Shown in pieces: positions 24,831 through 40,132 of a DNA stretch of 64,000 bases. Made by a program: the position numbers and the translations under genes. Each line of letters opens with the position of its first letter. The stretch's first letter is position 1. The notes under the pieces are model-generated. The model saw only the letters and a list, made by a program, of their open reading frames with translations. It did no database searches and was not told the DNA's origin. Origin of the DNA: Octopus sinensis (Eukaryota). Location: the NCBI RefSeq assembly GCF_006345805.1, contig NC_043003.1:115134001-115198000 (forward strand), written 5' to 3'.

Positions 24831-26861
24831 AACCCATATATATATATATATATATATATATACCAAATACGTGTATACCGGTATGAACATGTGTGTAGTG
24901 CTTGCCTATACACACACACACAAACGCACACATACACACACAGAAAAGCGCACACACACTCACTCACACGAATATAATTTGCAAAAAATTCGATTAGAAA
25001 CTGGTATGTCAGCTCAAACGATAAACCATGTGATATTTTCGGCAATGGAAATAAGATAGTAAGATTCGTATAACCTTACATGTTGGATCGATGCAAGGGA
25101 AGCAGGATGATGTCTACATGGACGAAAAGTAATATGTCAACTAATAAATCACCTTGCCATTCTGAGAGGAGAAAATATTCCAGGAAATTTTGTTTATGGA
25201 GCAAACTCTAAGAGGAGATTCACCCAACTGTCTGAAGTAATAGCGACCAATGGTTGGTAAAAGTGGAGAAGTGATGTAGTAGGTGTTGGAGCAGAATAAT
25301 AAGACATTAGATGGGGCGACTGGGATGAGGAAAGAAGGAAAAACTACAAGATGTTAAAGAAGAAGGAAGAATGAGGGGAGGCAACAAAAATCAAAACATA
25401 AAGAAGATAACGATGCTATGACTGTTAATGACGAATAATAAGATATAGAGGGAAAATAAACAATGGAAAAGAATCGGGTAATAGAACGCAAAGTTAATTT
25501 GGATAAAATGAAGAAAATGAATTTATTGATCCAATGATATTTTCTTTGCCTTTGAATAAGAATTTAGTACAATTTGGTTACTTTGTGGTTATGTGCCTCT
25601 TTGCTTCTCTGGTGACATCGCATTTTCTTTTACCGAGGTTGATAAAATGAATGTCAAACAAATTACAGGTGTCGATACAAACGAGTAAATATCCCTGAAA
25701 GGCGTGTCTTATTGAATGAAAGAAGAAAAAATAAAACTGAAAAATAAACAAAAATAAAAAGACAAATGATATCCACATTGTCGAGGAAAACTAAAATGAC
25801 AATAAAGATAAGACGAAATGCAATATTAGGAATACGGAGTTGAATTGATCTCATCATATATTATCTGTGAAATGTAGTTTGGAGTAAAACAACAACGTTC
25901 TGCACACAGAATGAAGAATACAAAATAAATAAGCGCCAACGAAATGAATTTATTTGTACTGTAGTTTCTGATGCTTTTGGCTAGAGTTCTGCATGTTGAA
26001 ATATAATAACGTTTGAGGAACAAACGATTTGTATAGAGTTCGTGGGAGTTCTTATATTTACTTTGATTTTAAAATGTCAATAAACGCACAAAGGGAATCT
26101 TGGCCTTCTACTTAGTCACATGATCTGTTCGAAATATGGGACAATTCACTTTGAAATAATATGCAATTTATAAATATTGTATGATGTAGTTCCGAATATA
26201 CAAATTACAAACTGAAAATGGGAAGAGTATAACTGCATCAGTTATGATCTTAGATCGTTTCAATCACGTGTAACCAAGACCTAAATATCGATAACATTGT
26301 TTAGGATAATTTCCAGTAAAAGCAGCCGAAATATTCAAGTCTCGGAGATGAGTATTTTTGACAGACTACGGCGCTGTTTGCTGATTTATATTCATTATGG
26401 TCGTTTTGTCCATTAGCACAAATGAGAATATTCCTTTTATAACATATATTCAAGCCATGGATTAGCCGATTTGCTCCATAACCGAGAGTACGAGATCCAA
26501 TGTATCATTATTTCTAAAATGTCGAATGTTCACTTTGATCGAATTTTCTGGCAAGTTTCCACACTCACGTGTGGAATCGAGGTCCTTCATCGTTGTTCTC
26601 ACGCCAAAAAATTGGGCAAAAACTCGCAGGTGAAAGGAAGCATTTACGCGCTGATTCAATTATCTACAAATAATAAACAAATCTCCCATTCAACTCTATA
26701 TTAAAAAGCTACGACAAAGTATTTGTGAAAAGGAAACCATGGAAAGGAAACGAAAATGTTTGCGATGGTCATCTCCATAGCGTTTGATATAGATATAATT
26801 CATTGGGTTATTTACGAGATTATAACTGCATACATATGTATGTATCTATGTATGTTGATAT

Positions 26862-27067
26862 TTTTACTCTTTTACACTTTTACTTGTTTCAGTCATTTGA
26901 CTGTGGCCAAGCTGGGGCACCGCCTTTAGTGGAGCAAATCGACCCCACGACTTATTCTTTGTAAGCCTAGTACTTATTATATCGGTCTCTTTTACCGAAC
27001 TGCTAAGTTACAGGGACATAAACACACCAGCATCGGTCAAGCGATGGGGGGGGGGGACACACGCACG

Positions 27068-27122
<55 letters not shown>

Positions 27123-27285
27123 ATATACGGCGAGCTTATTTCAGTTTCCATCTACCAAATCCACTCACAAGGCTTTGGTCGGCCCGAGGCTATCGTAGAA
27201 GACACTTGGCCAAGGTGCCATGCAGTGGCACTGAACCTGGAACCATGTAGTTGGTAAGCAAGCTATTTACCACACAGCCACTCCT
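26862..27285 (-). mobile_element. SINE family B
   Basis: Same layout as the other copies. Confidence 0.85.
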
Positions 27286-27684
27286 ACGCCTATATATGTT
27301 TGTATAGTGGCTGTATGTCATCTTAATTTGTAATGTGTATAACCATGGTAATAGCTTATGCCGCTCACGATACGAACTCACGACTATCTACATGATAAGA
27401 ATTGTATTCCGTGTAGCCCATTGGTGCCGGAAATCCTAAATCCCATCACTCATACAATGAATAATGTAGAGAAGAAAGACGACGATCGTGATATAAACAT
27501 ATCATCAGCTTCATATCAGTTGCAATTGTTTCAACAGCACACTGCTTTGAACCACATCAGACATGAACAATTACTGTTGATCCAACTTCTATACTTTTTT
27601 GCAGGTTTGAAATAATTAGGACTAACATCTCTTCCGAGGCTTAACAACTTCAGCAATCATGCATGACACTTCCTCTATGCCTAT

Positions 27685-27692
27685 CCATCTGC

Positions 27693-27762
<70 letters not shown>

Positions 27763-27807
27763 GTCTGTCTATCTATCTATCTATCTATCTATCTACCTAT
27801 CTATCTT

Positions 27808-27881
<74 letters not shown>

Positions 27882-27950
27882 GATCTATCTATCAATCTAT
27901 CTACCTATCTGTCTGTTTGTCTGCCTGTCTGTCTGCATGTCTGTCTGTCA
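27685..27950. repeat. (TATC)n microsatellite
   Basis: Direct reading. Confidence 0.9.
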
Positions 27951-28099
27951 GAGGCAACTCTGATTTAAACTTTGCTAATTATTTAGCACCTAACACGTAG
28001 CACATTATGCACCAGTACTCCCTAACCACAATAAAACTACCTGGAAGCATCCCCAATCTAACCATTATCACCTCATTGATTACATAAGAAGAATATAAG

Positions 28100-29330
28100 A
28101 ACGTAAGACCGCTTTGGTTGCCTGTGTCTTGAAGGAAAAAAAAACCATCGGAATAGCAGCTCTTTCAAAAACCAGATTAGCAGACTGTGGTCAGCTATAG
28201 AAAGGTGATGGTAGATGCTCCTTTTTCAGGAAGTAAAGAAAGAGGTGGGTGTTGGGTTTACTATTTCAAATGACCTGGTAAAAAAAAAAAAAATCTCTGC
28301 CTGTTGGCATTAGTGAAAGACTCATGTCATCACGCATCTGCTTTGGCAAACATAAATATGCAACTATTTTCAGCTGCTCTGCTCCAACCATGAACTCAGA
28401 TGAAGTAGTCAAAGATCAGTTCCACTCTGAGCTACGTAGACAGTCGAGAGGTGTCTCATATGATAAACCTCTCCCCCTTGAGTTCAATGGACGTGTAGGC
28501 TGTGATGCATCCATATGGGGTGATGTAATAGGGAAGCATGGGTTTGGCAAAGCAAACTCAAACAGTCATCTGCTGCTGTCGCTTTGCAGTGTGCAGGGCA
28601 TTTTGATTAACAATCCTATTTTCGAACTCCCCATCCACCACAAAACTACATGGAAGCATCCCCGATCAAACCATTATCACCTCATTGATTACATAATTGT
28701 GAGGTCTTCCATGAGGGAAGCTTTCCAAGTAACGCATTCTTTCTCCATTGGGGAGTGCTGGTCTGACCATAGACTGATACGATCAAAGGCGATTTTTTAT
28801 ATTTGCAGTCCTATTCATTACAATTGCACTCGACCAATTAGAAAAGTGGATGTGACAAAGGTGAAGATTAATGACAATTTAACTTCGTTTCAAACAGCCT
28901 TTGACACAAAGAAAATACTTGCTAGCATCTCAGGCAACACAAATATTGAATCAGCGCGTGCTGCCGTTAAAAATGTTGTATTTGAGTCACCTTGTGAAAC
29001 ACTTGGATATGTTAAAGGAAAGCACCTAGATTGGTTTAACTCAAATGATTCGAACATCTCTTTTGGACAATTTGCACAAGTGCCACTGTCAATGGATGTC
29101 AAATATAAATAATACCACAATGAACAATGGATTGAAAAAGGCCAGGAATATATACCAATGTGAACTGAGACAAATGAAACAGATACGGTGGCAAAAGAAG
29201 GCACAAGAATGCTGCGGACATATGTGATTCAAGGTCATTGTACCAGAATTTAATGGGGGTGTTTGGGACCTGCCAGGTTAATCAACTCCCATACATTTAA
29301 CTTGATATCGTATGGGATCCCTTAATCTTT
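28100..29330 (+). pseudogene. RTE-like LINE AP-endonuclease region, decayed
   Basis: IAALSKTRL, SAPTM, EFNGRVG, KTTWKHPRSNHYHLIDY, CWSDHRL motifs typical of RTE-clade APE domains; frameshifts and stops; RT absent. Confidence 0.8.
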
Positions 29331-29424
29331 AGGGCGTTACACATGATTGGCCAGAGACGTAACGAAATGTCTTTTTAGGACCCTGCAGGATGACCAGTGA
29401 TTGGTCCTATATTATATATATATG

Positions 29425-29467
<43 letters not shown>

Positions 29468-29936
29468 GTAAATAATGTATATGCATTTATATATACGTAT
29501 ATGTACATACTTACATCAATACGTATGTATTATATATATATATGCATATGTGGGCACAGGATGTCACGAAACGCGTACAACAAAAAAGCACGAAGCACGG
29601 GTACATGGAACATGAGCTATTATTTCGAACAACGAAAGACACAAATGGAAAAAAAAACAGACAACATAAAGAACGACCCTTCATTAGTTGTTCGTTGTTT
29701 TTCTAGTCTCGTATTTCGAGCATTTGACAACAATATTCGCTTTCGGTAAAAAAAGTTGCTCCCACAAAGCAAAGTAAATATTGGTAACACAAACAGGATA
29801 GTGAAAACAAACAGGAAGGCTGCTAACCCTTAAGGGACGGGAGACAATCATATATATGTACATATGCACATATATGTGTATGTATATATATATGAGTGTT
29901 AAGTGTGTGTGAATATATTTTATATATGTGTGTGTG

Positions 29937-30030
<94 letters not shown>

Positions 30031-31855
30031 CTATATATATGTGTGTGTGTGTGTGTCTTTATTGCATTTCAATATCTACGTATATGCAATGATTTGAATT
30101 ATCTCTAATATAGTTCGCTAAGCAGAAACTGATAAATTTTGTATTAGTTTCAGTGGATAAATAAAAACACAATCATTAAACCTGGAATTTAAAATGTCCG
30201 TTACAAACGGTTGCTGACAGAAAGTTGATAATGGAAACCTGCAGATTGCGAATATATAATTTTTAATGAAACTGCAAACCACATTTTATTTAAGTTAATA
30301 CAATTATGAGGTAAAATATGTGTTGAAATTATGGAAGTAGAACTTTGCTAAGTGGAGACGTAAAAATTATATAAATTGTATTGGTTCATTATGTAAATTT
30401 TCAGACGAGAGAGGCTTCCAACTATTTGATAAAATTTGCTTCTAATGCGTTTGCCTGAATCGTATTACGGTGGTACCAATGAGGCAAAATCTTATACATG
30501 TGGTATATAAATATACATCATTCGAAGCAATGGGTTGTCAAAGGATATTCATATTTTTTTTTGCCATTATTTAAGGCTTTTGTACACTAACTTAACAGGT
30601 AAGATTTTAAGTGAAATTTCGACCGTTGACAATCAGTATGTTGCGTGTAGTTTTAAAGATATGATTTCAAATATATTTAATTCCGGTTTCTAAGTGCTGT
30701 AATGTCTACGTAGAGATGGCGTCTGTTGTATTCTTTGCATTTTCGTTGTTGTCTTCTATGTCAGGTATGTTCAACTAGAAATATGGATATATTTATTGAT
30801 TCAAAGCAAGGCCAATGCAACGTTTTTCCTGAGAAATATACCTGGTACTCTATTTTCTAATGTGTCATCCTAATCTATTTCACGACGATAAGGTGTCACT
30901 TCATAGGGATTGAAGTGATATTTTTTTATCAAATCCTGTGCTTGATGTTAATACAGCTGCTCCCTCGTTTTCAGAGTCGTATACATATTTTGTTTCAATT
31001 AAACAATTGTTAGACGCTGTTATATTGTGTTAGACGTATGCATACACATGCATTATAAGAAACTTGCTACATTTTTTCTTTAATTTACGGTCATTTTTTG
31101 CACTACTTAGATTTCCATAACCCATGCGTGTTATAGTGTATGAAATACCTTTCTTTGTGTAGTCATCCCTGAGTGCTTTTCTCACGTTGGGTGAATACCA
31201 CTGTGTTTTTAAAGAAAAGGTCGTTTTGTTCAATGTTTATAACTTTGAACTTATACTTCATTCCGCTCACAAATATTTTCCTGTGTGTATATGTAACATT
31301 CATAACTACGTATTAATGAGTGTCTCATTTTATTGTTGTTGCTGTTTTTATTGATGTAATATTCAGTAACTTTCTGCTATAGAACCCTGGGGATGATAAC
31401 TGCATCAACCAAACATCCACAAATGAATGGAAAAACGAAATCTACTAAACTGTGCTACTCAAGATGAAAAAATAGATAGGAGATACTTCATGAACCAAAG
31501 CGTAATATTTCAACCGACAGAGTATATATGAAGAATTGTCATCTATATCAAATATTTATGAAAGTGGTCTCATGCGCTCCGTAGCTTCCACAACGAGGTA
31601 TCAAATTTCTTACACAATTATGTGGCATATTTTTATGTCTCCGAAAATATACAATACAATACCCAAGAATACTTGCCCCCAAAATACTATCCAAAAGTTA
31701 TTTTATTCAATTCATTCATGCATCCACAAAACTTATCATTAATAACTTAGCTCCAAGAAGACGTTTGTCAATTACAAACTTATCAGGTGTAATAAAGCTG
31801 CATGGGACAGAAAAAGAAATCCAAATATCGTCATTGGAGCCCTCATTCTTCCATA

Positions 31856-32242
31856 TACTCTTTTACCTGTTTCAGTCATTTTACTGCGGCCATGCTGGAG
31901 CACCGCCTTTAGTCGAGCAAATCCACCCCGGAACTTATTCTTTTGTAAGCCCAGTACTTATTCTATCGGTCTCTTTTGCCGAACCGCTAAGTGACGGGGA
32001 CGTAAACACACCAGCATCGGTTGTCAGGCAATGCTAGGGGAACAAACACAGGCACACATACATATATATATATATACATATATACGACATGCTTCTTTCA
32101 GTTTCCGTCTACCAAATCCACTCACAAGGCATTGGTCGGCCCGGGGCTATAGCAGAAGACACTTGCCCAAGATGCCACGCAGTGGGACTGAACCCGGAAC
32201 CATGTGGTTGGTTAGCAAGCTACTTACCACACAGCCACTCCT
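31856..32242 (-). mobile_element. SINE family B
   Basis: Same layout as the other copies. Confidence 0.85.
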
Positions 32243-34357
32243 GCGCCATATGTAAACGCCATATGTAAACGTTTCTTCCAAAATTAGTCAGACTGAGAAT
32301 ATTTTTTTAAAATTATAGTCAAACTTAGTGCCTCTCCATCATGATCATAAATTTGTACAAAACATACGCGGAGGTGCATGACACCCCCAACAGAACCTCT
32401 AAAAAAATAATACGAAGTTGCATTTTATAAAACGTAAACATTTTCTAAAATCACGTACTTTTATGTTAACCATCAAACTTAAAACTTGTGCTTCAAATCT
32501 GAGCAACCAAAATTATCTATACTCCTGACTGGAATCGTTGTCATCGATACATTTTTCATCTTCCATGCAGAAATAAAGAGAAAATTTGTTCCTAGTCACC
32601 CAAACATTTTCTTCATAACATTGAAGAACTGACAAAAGCACCCTCATAGCGTCTACAATCCACTGTTTGGAGCATACCTGCGTGCAGAGTGCAGACATTA
32701 GCAACTTCTGTCGAAAACTCTTGGTTGATTCCGTTCACATTTTGCTGCAAGAATTTCTCCAGAATTTGCGCAATTTTTCTTTCCTCCTCGATTCAAACAT
32801 TATAATTCTCAATACTCCCGAGGAAAAGATCCTCTAAATTTGTTGCCCGATCGATACCCACCTCCATGCTACCAACTCTATTAAATCTTGAAAATTCTTT
32901 TTTCCAATCCTCCCAAGTTCTGCAACCCACACATAGAATTATGCGCATATTTGCCACCAGTCTCCTTAAATCAACAAGGTCACCGTTCATGAGATTGTCT
33001 CTATTTTATTCTCCTCGCACAATATGCCGCATAGCTAACCCCTATTCTACATAAACTCTTCACCTCTCTTTGTTTCCTTCTTTCAGTTCATCTATCTATA
33101 TCTCATTATTTTCTCTTTCTCTGTGTAAAGTAAATTGTGACCAAGTCGCATGCGTTCTCTTTTTCAATCGTGACCAAGTCATATGCTTTACTTTTTTTCT
33201 AAGCATATTCTATTAAGCACCATTCAAGGTTTTCTCCGTAGAAGAATATATTGCCGTCACCCTTGATTAATATTTTCCAGTGAAGGTCTCACTCAAGACG
33301 AATATATTACAAGTCCAGTTTTCTGGGAAAATAATTTACAATATTTTCTGAACAACTGAACAACGAGTATTGCCAACACTTGGAATTGCTTAGTCTGGAA
33401 TGTCAGTTATCTCCCCACTATTTCTTTCCTAAACTATAAATTTTCTGCTATTAACTGAACAGTAAGTCGATGTATTATAAACAACTTTATTAGAAGTACT
33501 GATAACTTTTCCGACGACAGTCAGGTGAATTACTCTTTACTGTGTAAGTAGGCTTTCCATGGGAAAGTGATCGAATTAGTACGCTAATATCAAATAAATT
33601 ACCCACCGAACTATTTCGGATCATCTCTGTGCGTTTATTCATCTCAGATAATACAGGCAAATTGTGTTGAAATGGATTTCTGGTTTCAATGGTGGATAAT
33701 ACCAATTATAGATTTTGTTTTATAATTATTATACAGTCTCTCATTTAACAAATACAGTGACTGGATCATGGACAAAATTACTTTGAAAACGAAGACATGG
33801 AGGCTCCGAACGTAAAACCGTTTTGGATTTCAAAAGCAGTCTTCTCTTGGTAATGTAAGGATGATAATATTTGGCTAAAATGTCTATCATTAAATTGCTG
33901 TGCATATTATACTGTTTTTACTGGTTAAAATGAACTGCACAGATTTATTTACTGTAAAGATACTTAAAGTCAAATAACTTAACCATGAATTTTGGAATGC
34001 AATGTAACATGACTTTCTGAATTAAATTGTCAAATGTTATGATGTTTAATCATTCCAAATTGGGGTATATAATTTGTCAAATTGTGGAAATACAAATTTT
34101 TAATTAAAATAGGGGTTCTAATTTCCTGCGTTATGCAATGAATAAAGTTCCTTTGCTAGTGGAAGTGAAACGGGCACATTTGATATTAATTGGAATATAT
34201 TCACAAAAATTATGATCATGACAAAACGCATCTCATTCACTAAAATCCCTGTGTAAGTATAACTACGGGTGAACTATTAGGGTAGCGAATCTTTTTCCTA
34301 TAAATTGTTCAAAATGGCAGGATATGATTTTAGGAGGGCTTTAGTCTACGTGGCGAA

Positions 34358-34700
34358 GGCGCATGGCTCACGGGTTAAAGCACCGGGCTCGAAATCATCA
34401 GTTCGTCAGTTCGATTCTTGGAACGGGTTATGTGATGTGTTCTTGAACAAACTAATTTATTTCACATTGCTTCATTCCACTCAGTTGTAGAAATTAGTTA
34501 CTTCCTCATTGGTGCCAAGCTGTAACGGCTTTTGCCTTTCCTTTGAATAACATCGGTGACGCAGGGAGGGGAGACTGGTATACAAGGCAACTACTCTTGT
34601 TCCATCAACAAACTTGCGCGGACTTGTGCTTCAGAGGGGAACTTACTAGGTGTAATCCCATGGTTAGTAAGTAGGATAAATTCTCCAAGATATTCCCCTC
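34358..34700 (+). mobile_element. tRNA-derived SINE with CORE-like central motif and a distinct tail
   Basis: Head ggcgcatggctc..gttcgattc; central ttcttgaacaaactaatttatttcacattg..ccactcag homologous to 61408-61468. Confidence 0.6.
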
Positions 34701-34869
34701 ACAGAAGCAGTTATTCTTTGTTACCACAGAATAATTTATCACAACTTGTTCGTATATAAGTTTCAGATGAAAACTAAATAACACAAAAATTGTTTTATAC
34801 AAATACGTCATGTAAAATTTAAATAAAAACTGAACTAGTGAAGCCTGAATGAAAGGTTATATATGGTTA

Positions 34870-35190
34870 TGTATGCATGAATGTACGTATGTGCGTGTGT
34901 TTGTATGTATGCATGGTTGTATGCATGCTTGCTTGTATGTATGCGTGTATGTATGTAGATTTGTAAATAGATATTTATGCATGTATACATACATACATAC
35001 ATACATACATACATACATACACACATACATACATACATGCATACATACATACATACATACATGCATACATACATACATACATACATACATACATACATAC
35101 ATACATACATGCATACATACATACATACATACATACATACATACATACATACATACATACATGCATACATACATACATACATACATACAT
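34870..35190. repeat. (CATA)n/(GTAT)n microsatellite
   Basis: Direct reading. Confidence 0.9.
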
Positions 35191-35999
35191 TAGTCCCCAA
35201 TCTTAGGGAACAACAAATGCAGGTGAAACAACTTATGCCATACATCATGTTCTGATAATCTAAGATTCCAGCACAAACCGATAATCAGAGATGAGTGTTA
35301 TTTTTGTCTTCGCTATTAAAATGATAATTTTATTGCAACCATTCAAATAACTATCTCTCCATTATATCTAGTGAAGTGCACAGCTACAGTTTTCACAGAA
35401 AGCTATAGAAGAATCTAAAAATATCTTAAAATATGCTAAATACTTCCTAAGATAGTTTTCATTTAAAGTCCAACTTTGATAACATCTCACACTACAGTAT
35501 TCATTCCTGACAAGTAGCATTTCCTTGTTATTGAGGAACAATTGTTTTTTTTGTTGTTTTTTTATATTTTCTCAAGCATTATATTGTTATTTCTATCAAG
35601 TCTTCAAAACTGTCATCCTAGAGGAAGTTATTTAAAAACTACTGATTAGGTATCGGAAAAAAAAATTGTGTTATTTCATTGTTTCTTTTTCATTTTCATT
35701 TTGATGAAAGGTCTTTTTCTCAAAGTCGAATTTCGTGAATTACGTGAAGAAAATGAAAACACGTTGCTTTTTTTTTCCCTTTCATTTATTTTTAACTTGA
35801 ATTATTAGACAAGATATCTAATTTTGTTTTCTCATTTAATAATGACGTCTGAGACGCAATGCAATGACTTGACTTGGTGTCATTGAACTCAAGGGGAAAA
35901 CAGTAGCGTCAAGATCGACTCAACGCGCGGCACAAAATCCAGGGCCCTTACTGTAGCAGTTATTAGCGCAGGATACTAAAAATAGCCACCTTCCTACTT

Positions 36000-36031
<32 letters not shown>

Positions 36032-36104
36032 GCTACTACTACTGCTACTGCTGCTGCTGCTACTGCTGCTGATGCTGCCGCCATTATACGCTCATTAACA
36101 TACA

Positions 36105-36565
36105 TGGCAATGTCGCCACTAGCCCACAAGGAATATAAGAGACGCCACGACAATATATCTAAACTTTCCATTGGACACTCTGCAACAAGTATGGACTTGT
36201 CAGAGCAAAAATAAAATACATGAAGGTGTCGTCGAAAATAGAAATGCAAAAATCCTATGGGATTTTATGATTCAGTGCGATCATGAGAGAGAATAGGAAG
36301 CCGGATATAGTCTTAATTGAGAAAGAAAACAAACTATACAGGACCATAGACATAGCATACCCAGCTGACAACATGGTATGCGATGAGGAAGAAAGAAAAG
36401 TTGAGAGATTTGACAGGTTAGCGTGGGAAGTCAAGCAGTTGTGGTCGATAAGAAAATGTGGTAGTAGTACCAATAATTGTCGGAGCCCTCGAAACAGTGA
36501 GCAAAAATCTCGAGAAGAACGTGGAACAAACAGGGGCTGCAATACGCGTGGAGCACTTGAAGAAA
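36105..36565 (+). pseudogene. R4/Dong-type LINE, subfamily 2, C-terminal RLE fragment
   Basis: AHKEYKRRHDN..ILWDFMIQCD..RKPDIVLIEK..IDIAYPAD..VVPIIVGAL; frameshifted. Confidence 0.75.
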
Positions 36566-37050
36566 ACAGAGAAAAAAAGATGGTATAGGCACACACAAGA
36601 AAAGGTCAGAGAAAACGAGAAAGCAACCATACTCTGGGATATGCCGATACACACAGATAGAGAAATTAAGGCCAACAGACCAGATAGAGTTGTCACAGAT
36701 CCTGAAGAGAAAACATGCTTTCTAATTGATGTATCTATACCAGCAGATGACAACGTTTCTCTAAAAGAAATTGGGAAACTTTCAAAGTACAAAGACTTGG
36801 AAATAGAGGTAACTCGAATGTGGAATCTAAAACCAAAAACATCAAGTATGATAAAAAATATTCAGACAAATACGTAACAAAAACACCAGGACTTACAAAC
36901 ACATATAACAGGCAGAAAATTGCACTACTGGGCACTGCCCACATACTACGCAGAACACTTTTAATACAGTAACCATAAGAGCATCACAACAAATCACAGC
37001 ACATACCCAAGGCACATAGAGATGCGCTCGGTGGTTAATTGAAAGCACGC

Positions 37051-37052
<2 letters not shown>
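36566..37052 (+). mobile_element. R4/Dong-type LINE, subfamily 1, 3' fragment ending in (TAA)n
   Basis: KRWYRH..ILWDMPIHTDREIKANRPD..LIDVSIPADDN; 3' UTR ending gaaagcacgcta followed by (AAT)n 37053-37172; close to 40133-40640. Confidence 0.85.
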
Positions 37053-37138
<86 letters not shown>

Positions 37139-37527
37139 TTAATAATAATAATAATAATAATAGTAATAATAATTCTTTCTACACTAGGAACAATGTCTTA
37201 AATATTACGGGAGGTGACTAGTCGATTACCTGGACCCCAGTGTTTCACAGGTACTTAATTCGTTGGCCACACATTCGATCTTAGTGGCATTTAAACTCAG
37301 AACGTAGCGATTCTGCCAATTCGCAATGGTTATATTATAGAGAAGAAGAACTTAATCTTTCGTCGCTTCGGAATCGATAAAATATAACACCTGTTACTGT
37401 GCTGAGTTTCATGTAATTGACAATGCCCCTTTCTTCAAAACAAATGCGTTTGAACCCTGCAAAGGACTGAAGCTACAGAAGGTTTGTTGTGATTTCGGCT
37501 CGAGAAAAATATTTTAAAATATATTAT

Positions 37528-37622
<95 letters not shown>

Positions 37623-37985
37623 AAGAAGAAGAAGAGAAGAAGAAGAAGAAGAAGAAGAAGAAGAAGGAGGAGGAGGAGGAGGAGGAGGGGGATGCGGGGA
37701 ATAGCAATAGTGCCAAAGCCGCGGACGTTTCTGTAACCATGATTAGTTTCCAGTGGTTTGATGGATGAGTTTGGATTTGATTAGAGAGCGTTCAGCTATC
37801 AGTTGGAACGGTTTGATAGTTAATTAAATAATTCTCTAACTTGTTTTGACAGTTGGACAATAAACAGAACAAGAACAGTGGCGGGAGGGGCGGCGCTGTC
37901 CTAACCGAATTACAGTAAACTGGTGAAGAACGACGTTGAGATTGACGCCTAGATAGGCATAACCATGCAGATATCTATCTCTCTG

Positions 37986-38056
<71 letters not shown>

Positions 38057-38078
38057 GTCTGTCTGTCTGTCTACGTAT

Positions 38079-38169
<91 letters not shown>

Positions 38170-38292
38170 CACATATATACACACATACACGCGTACGCAC
38201 ATACACGCGTACGCACATACACGCGTACGCACCTACATGCACATACACATGCGCGCGTACACACGTTCACAAACACACACACAAAGGCACAC

Positions 38293-38323
<31 letters not shown>

Positions 38324-39004
38324 TATACATATATTCATATAATAATAATAATGATAATAATAATAATAAAAATAATAATAATAAAATATCAAAAGAAGCA
38401 TGAGACCTCGATATTAGGTATTTAATATGGTTCCTTACAGAAAAAATATGCATATGTATGTGTGTACGTGTGTGTGTGCGCGTGTATTCACGTGTGTGTA
38501 TGATTGTCCCTGCTTCTAGGTGTATCTAACATTGAGCTTTGCCAGTTGGCCCGAGATGGCGTCATAAACTTTGAGTAGGAGGTGGAGTTAGAAGAATATA
38601 ACAATAAAGATGATTGTGGTAATGATGATGACGCTGATGATGATGATGTCGATGATGATGTCATTGTTGATGTCGTTTTCGTTGTTGCTTCACTTGTTGA
38701 TCACCGTCGTATGTGATCATTGATAAGACCGTAGGATGTCAAAATAACTGGTCGTTCCCCCCTGTTGTCGCAGCGTTGAAGTGCTTCCATTCCACTGGGT
38801 AGGTGGTCAGTTGTCAGTTGATCGTTTACAGCTGAATGGACTAGAGCAAAGAGAGATAAATTGTTTTGCTCAAGATCTCAACGCGCCGCAAAGTTGCAAC
38901 CCACAACCGCAATATTTTGGCGATGAGAGCAACATTAGAACACTAGTTATGGATATTTACGCGATCAAATCAATACATAGCAGAGTTTATAGATGGTTTA
39001 TAGT

Positions 39005-39180
39005 CCGTTTATAGTCCGTCTATACATTTGATTTCACCTCTCCTCAAGGCTAACACACCACACTTTCTCAGTCCGAACTCCATTCTCATATCAGCACTGA
39101 AGATATACACCGTATTAACGAGGGAACTGACTTGGTCTTCATCTTTACCATAAAGTTTCAGGTCATCCATAATAATAACT
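39005..39180 (-). pseudogene. R4/Dong subfamily 2 RT fragment (MDDLKLY..MEFGLRKCG)
   Basis: Near duplicate of 43140-43290. Confidence 0.75.
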
Positions 39181-39639
39181 TCTAATTTTGGCACAAGGCC
39201 AGTACATTTGAAGGGGTTGGTTCTTGACTGGTTCTATATTTGATTGAGCACAAAACAATGAAAGACAGATATTACCGTGACGATGTTGGAACTCAAGTCG
39301 TAAAGACCCGGAGTGAATGCCACACAAAGCACAATGTCCGACGTGAAAATGAGTCTGCCAAATGGCAGCCTCAAATTAATCGAGATAATAATTGAGGCGA
39401 CAATGATGAAATTATCTTTAAAAGAACATATTGTTGTTAAATATTGAATACTTTCGCTGCTATTTTATAATGATTGAGAGTAACGAAATAAAATGGTCCA
39501 TCTTTGTGCTGATGATAATGAAGAGGAGAGAAAGAAGGATACTGCTATCATTAATAGAAATATCAGCAACTATTATGGCGATTATGATGATGATACTCAA
39601 TATTTCCACAATAAACTTACAAAATATAATTGAATGCAT

Positions 39640-39763
39640 CATCATCATCATCATCATCATCACCCCACCACCACCACCACCATCACCATCATCATCATCA
39701 TCGTCATCACCACCATCACCACCACCACCACCACCATCACCATCATCATCATCATCATCATCA

Positions 39764-39817
<54 letters not shown>

Positions 39818-39983
39818 TATTATTATTACCATTATTATTATCATTATTATTATTATAATCATTATTATTATCATTATTATTATTATTATTATTATCATTA
39901 TTATTATCATTATCATTATTATCATTATTATTATTATTATAATCATTATTATTATCATTATTATTATTATTTTTATCATTATT

Positions 39984-40018
<35 letters not shown>

Positions 40019-40035
40019 CATTATTATGATCCTTA

Positions 40036-40087
<52 letters not shown>

Positions 40088-40110
40088 CATTATTATTATT
40101 ATTATTATTC
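39640..40110. repeat. (CAT/CAC)n then long (ATT)n microsatellite
   Basis: Direct reading; abuts the LINE 3' end. Confidence 0.9.
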
Positions 40111-40132
40111 AGTAGTTTTATTTTTATTTTTA

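Noticed and set aside
32500-33320. Possible decayed LINE endonuclease on the minus strand (also 20900-21350)
   Set aside because: Only isolated motif-like words (e.g. LSET); too degenerate to call by eye.
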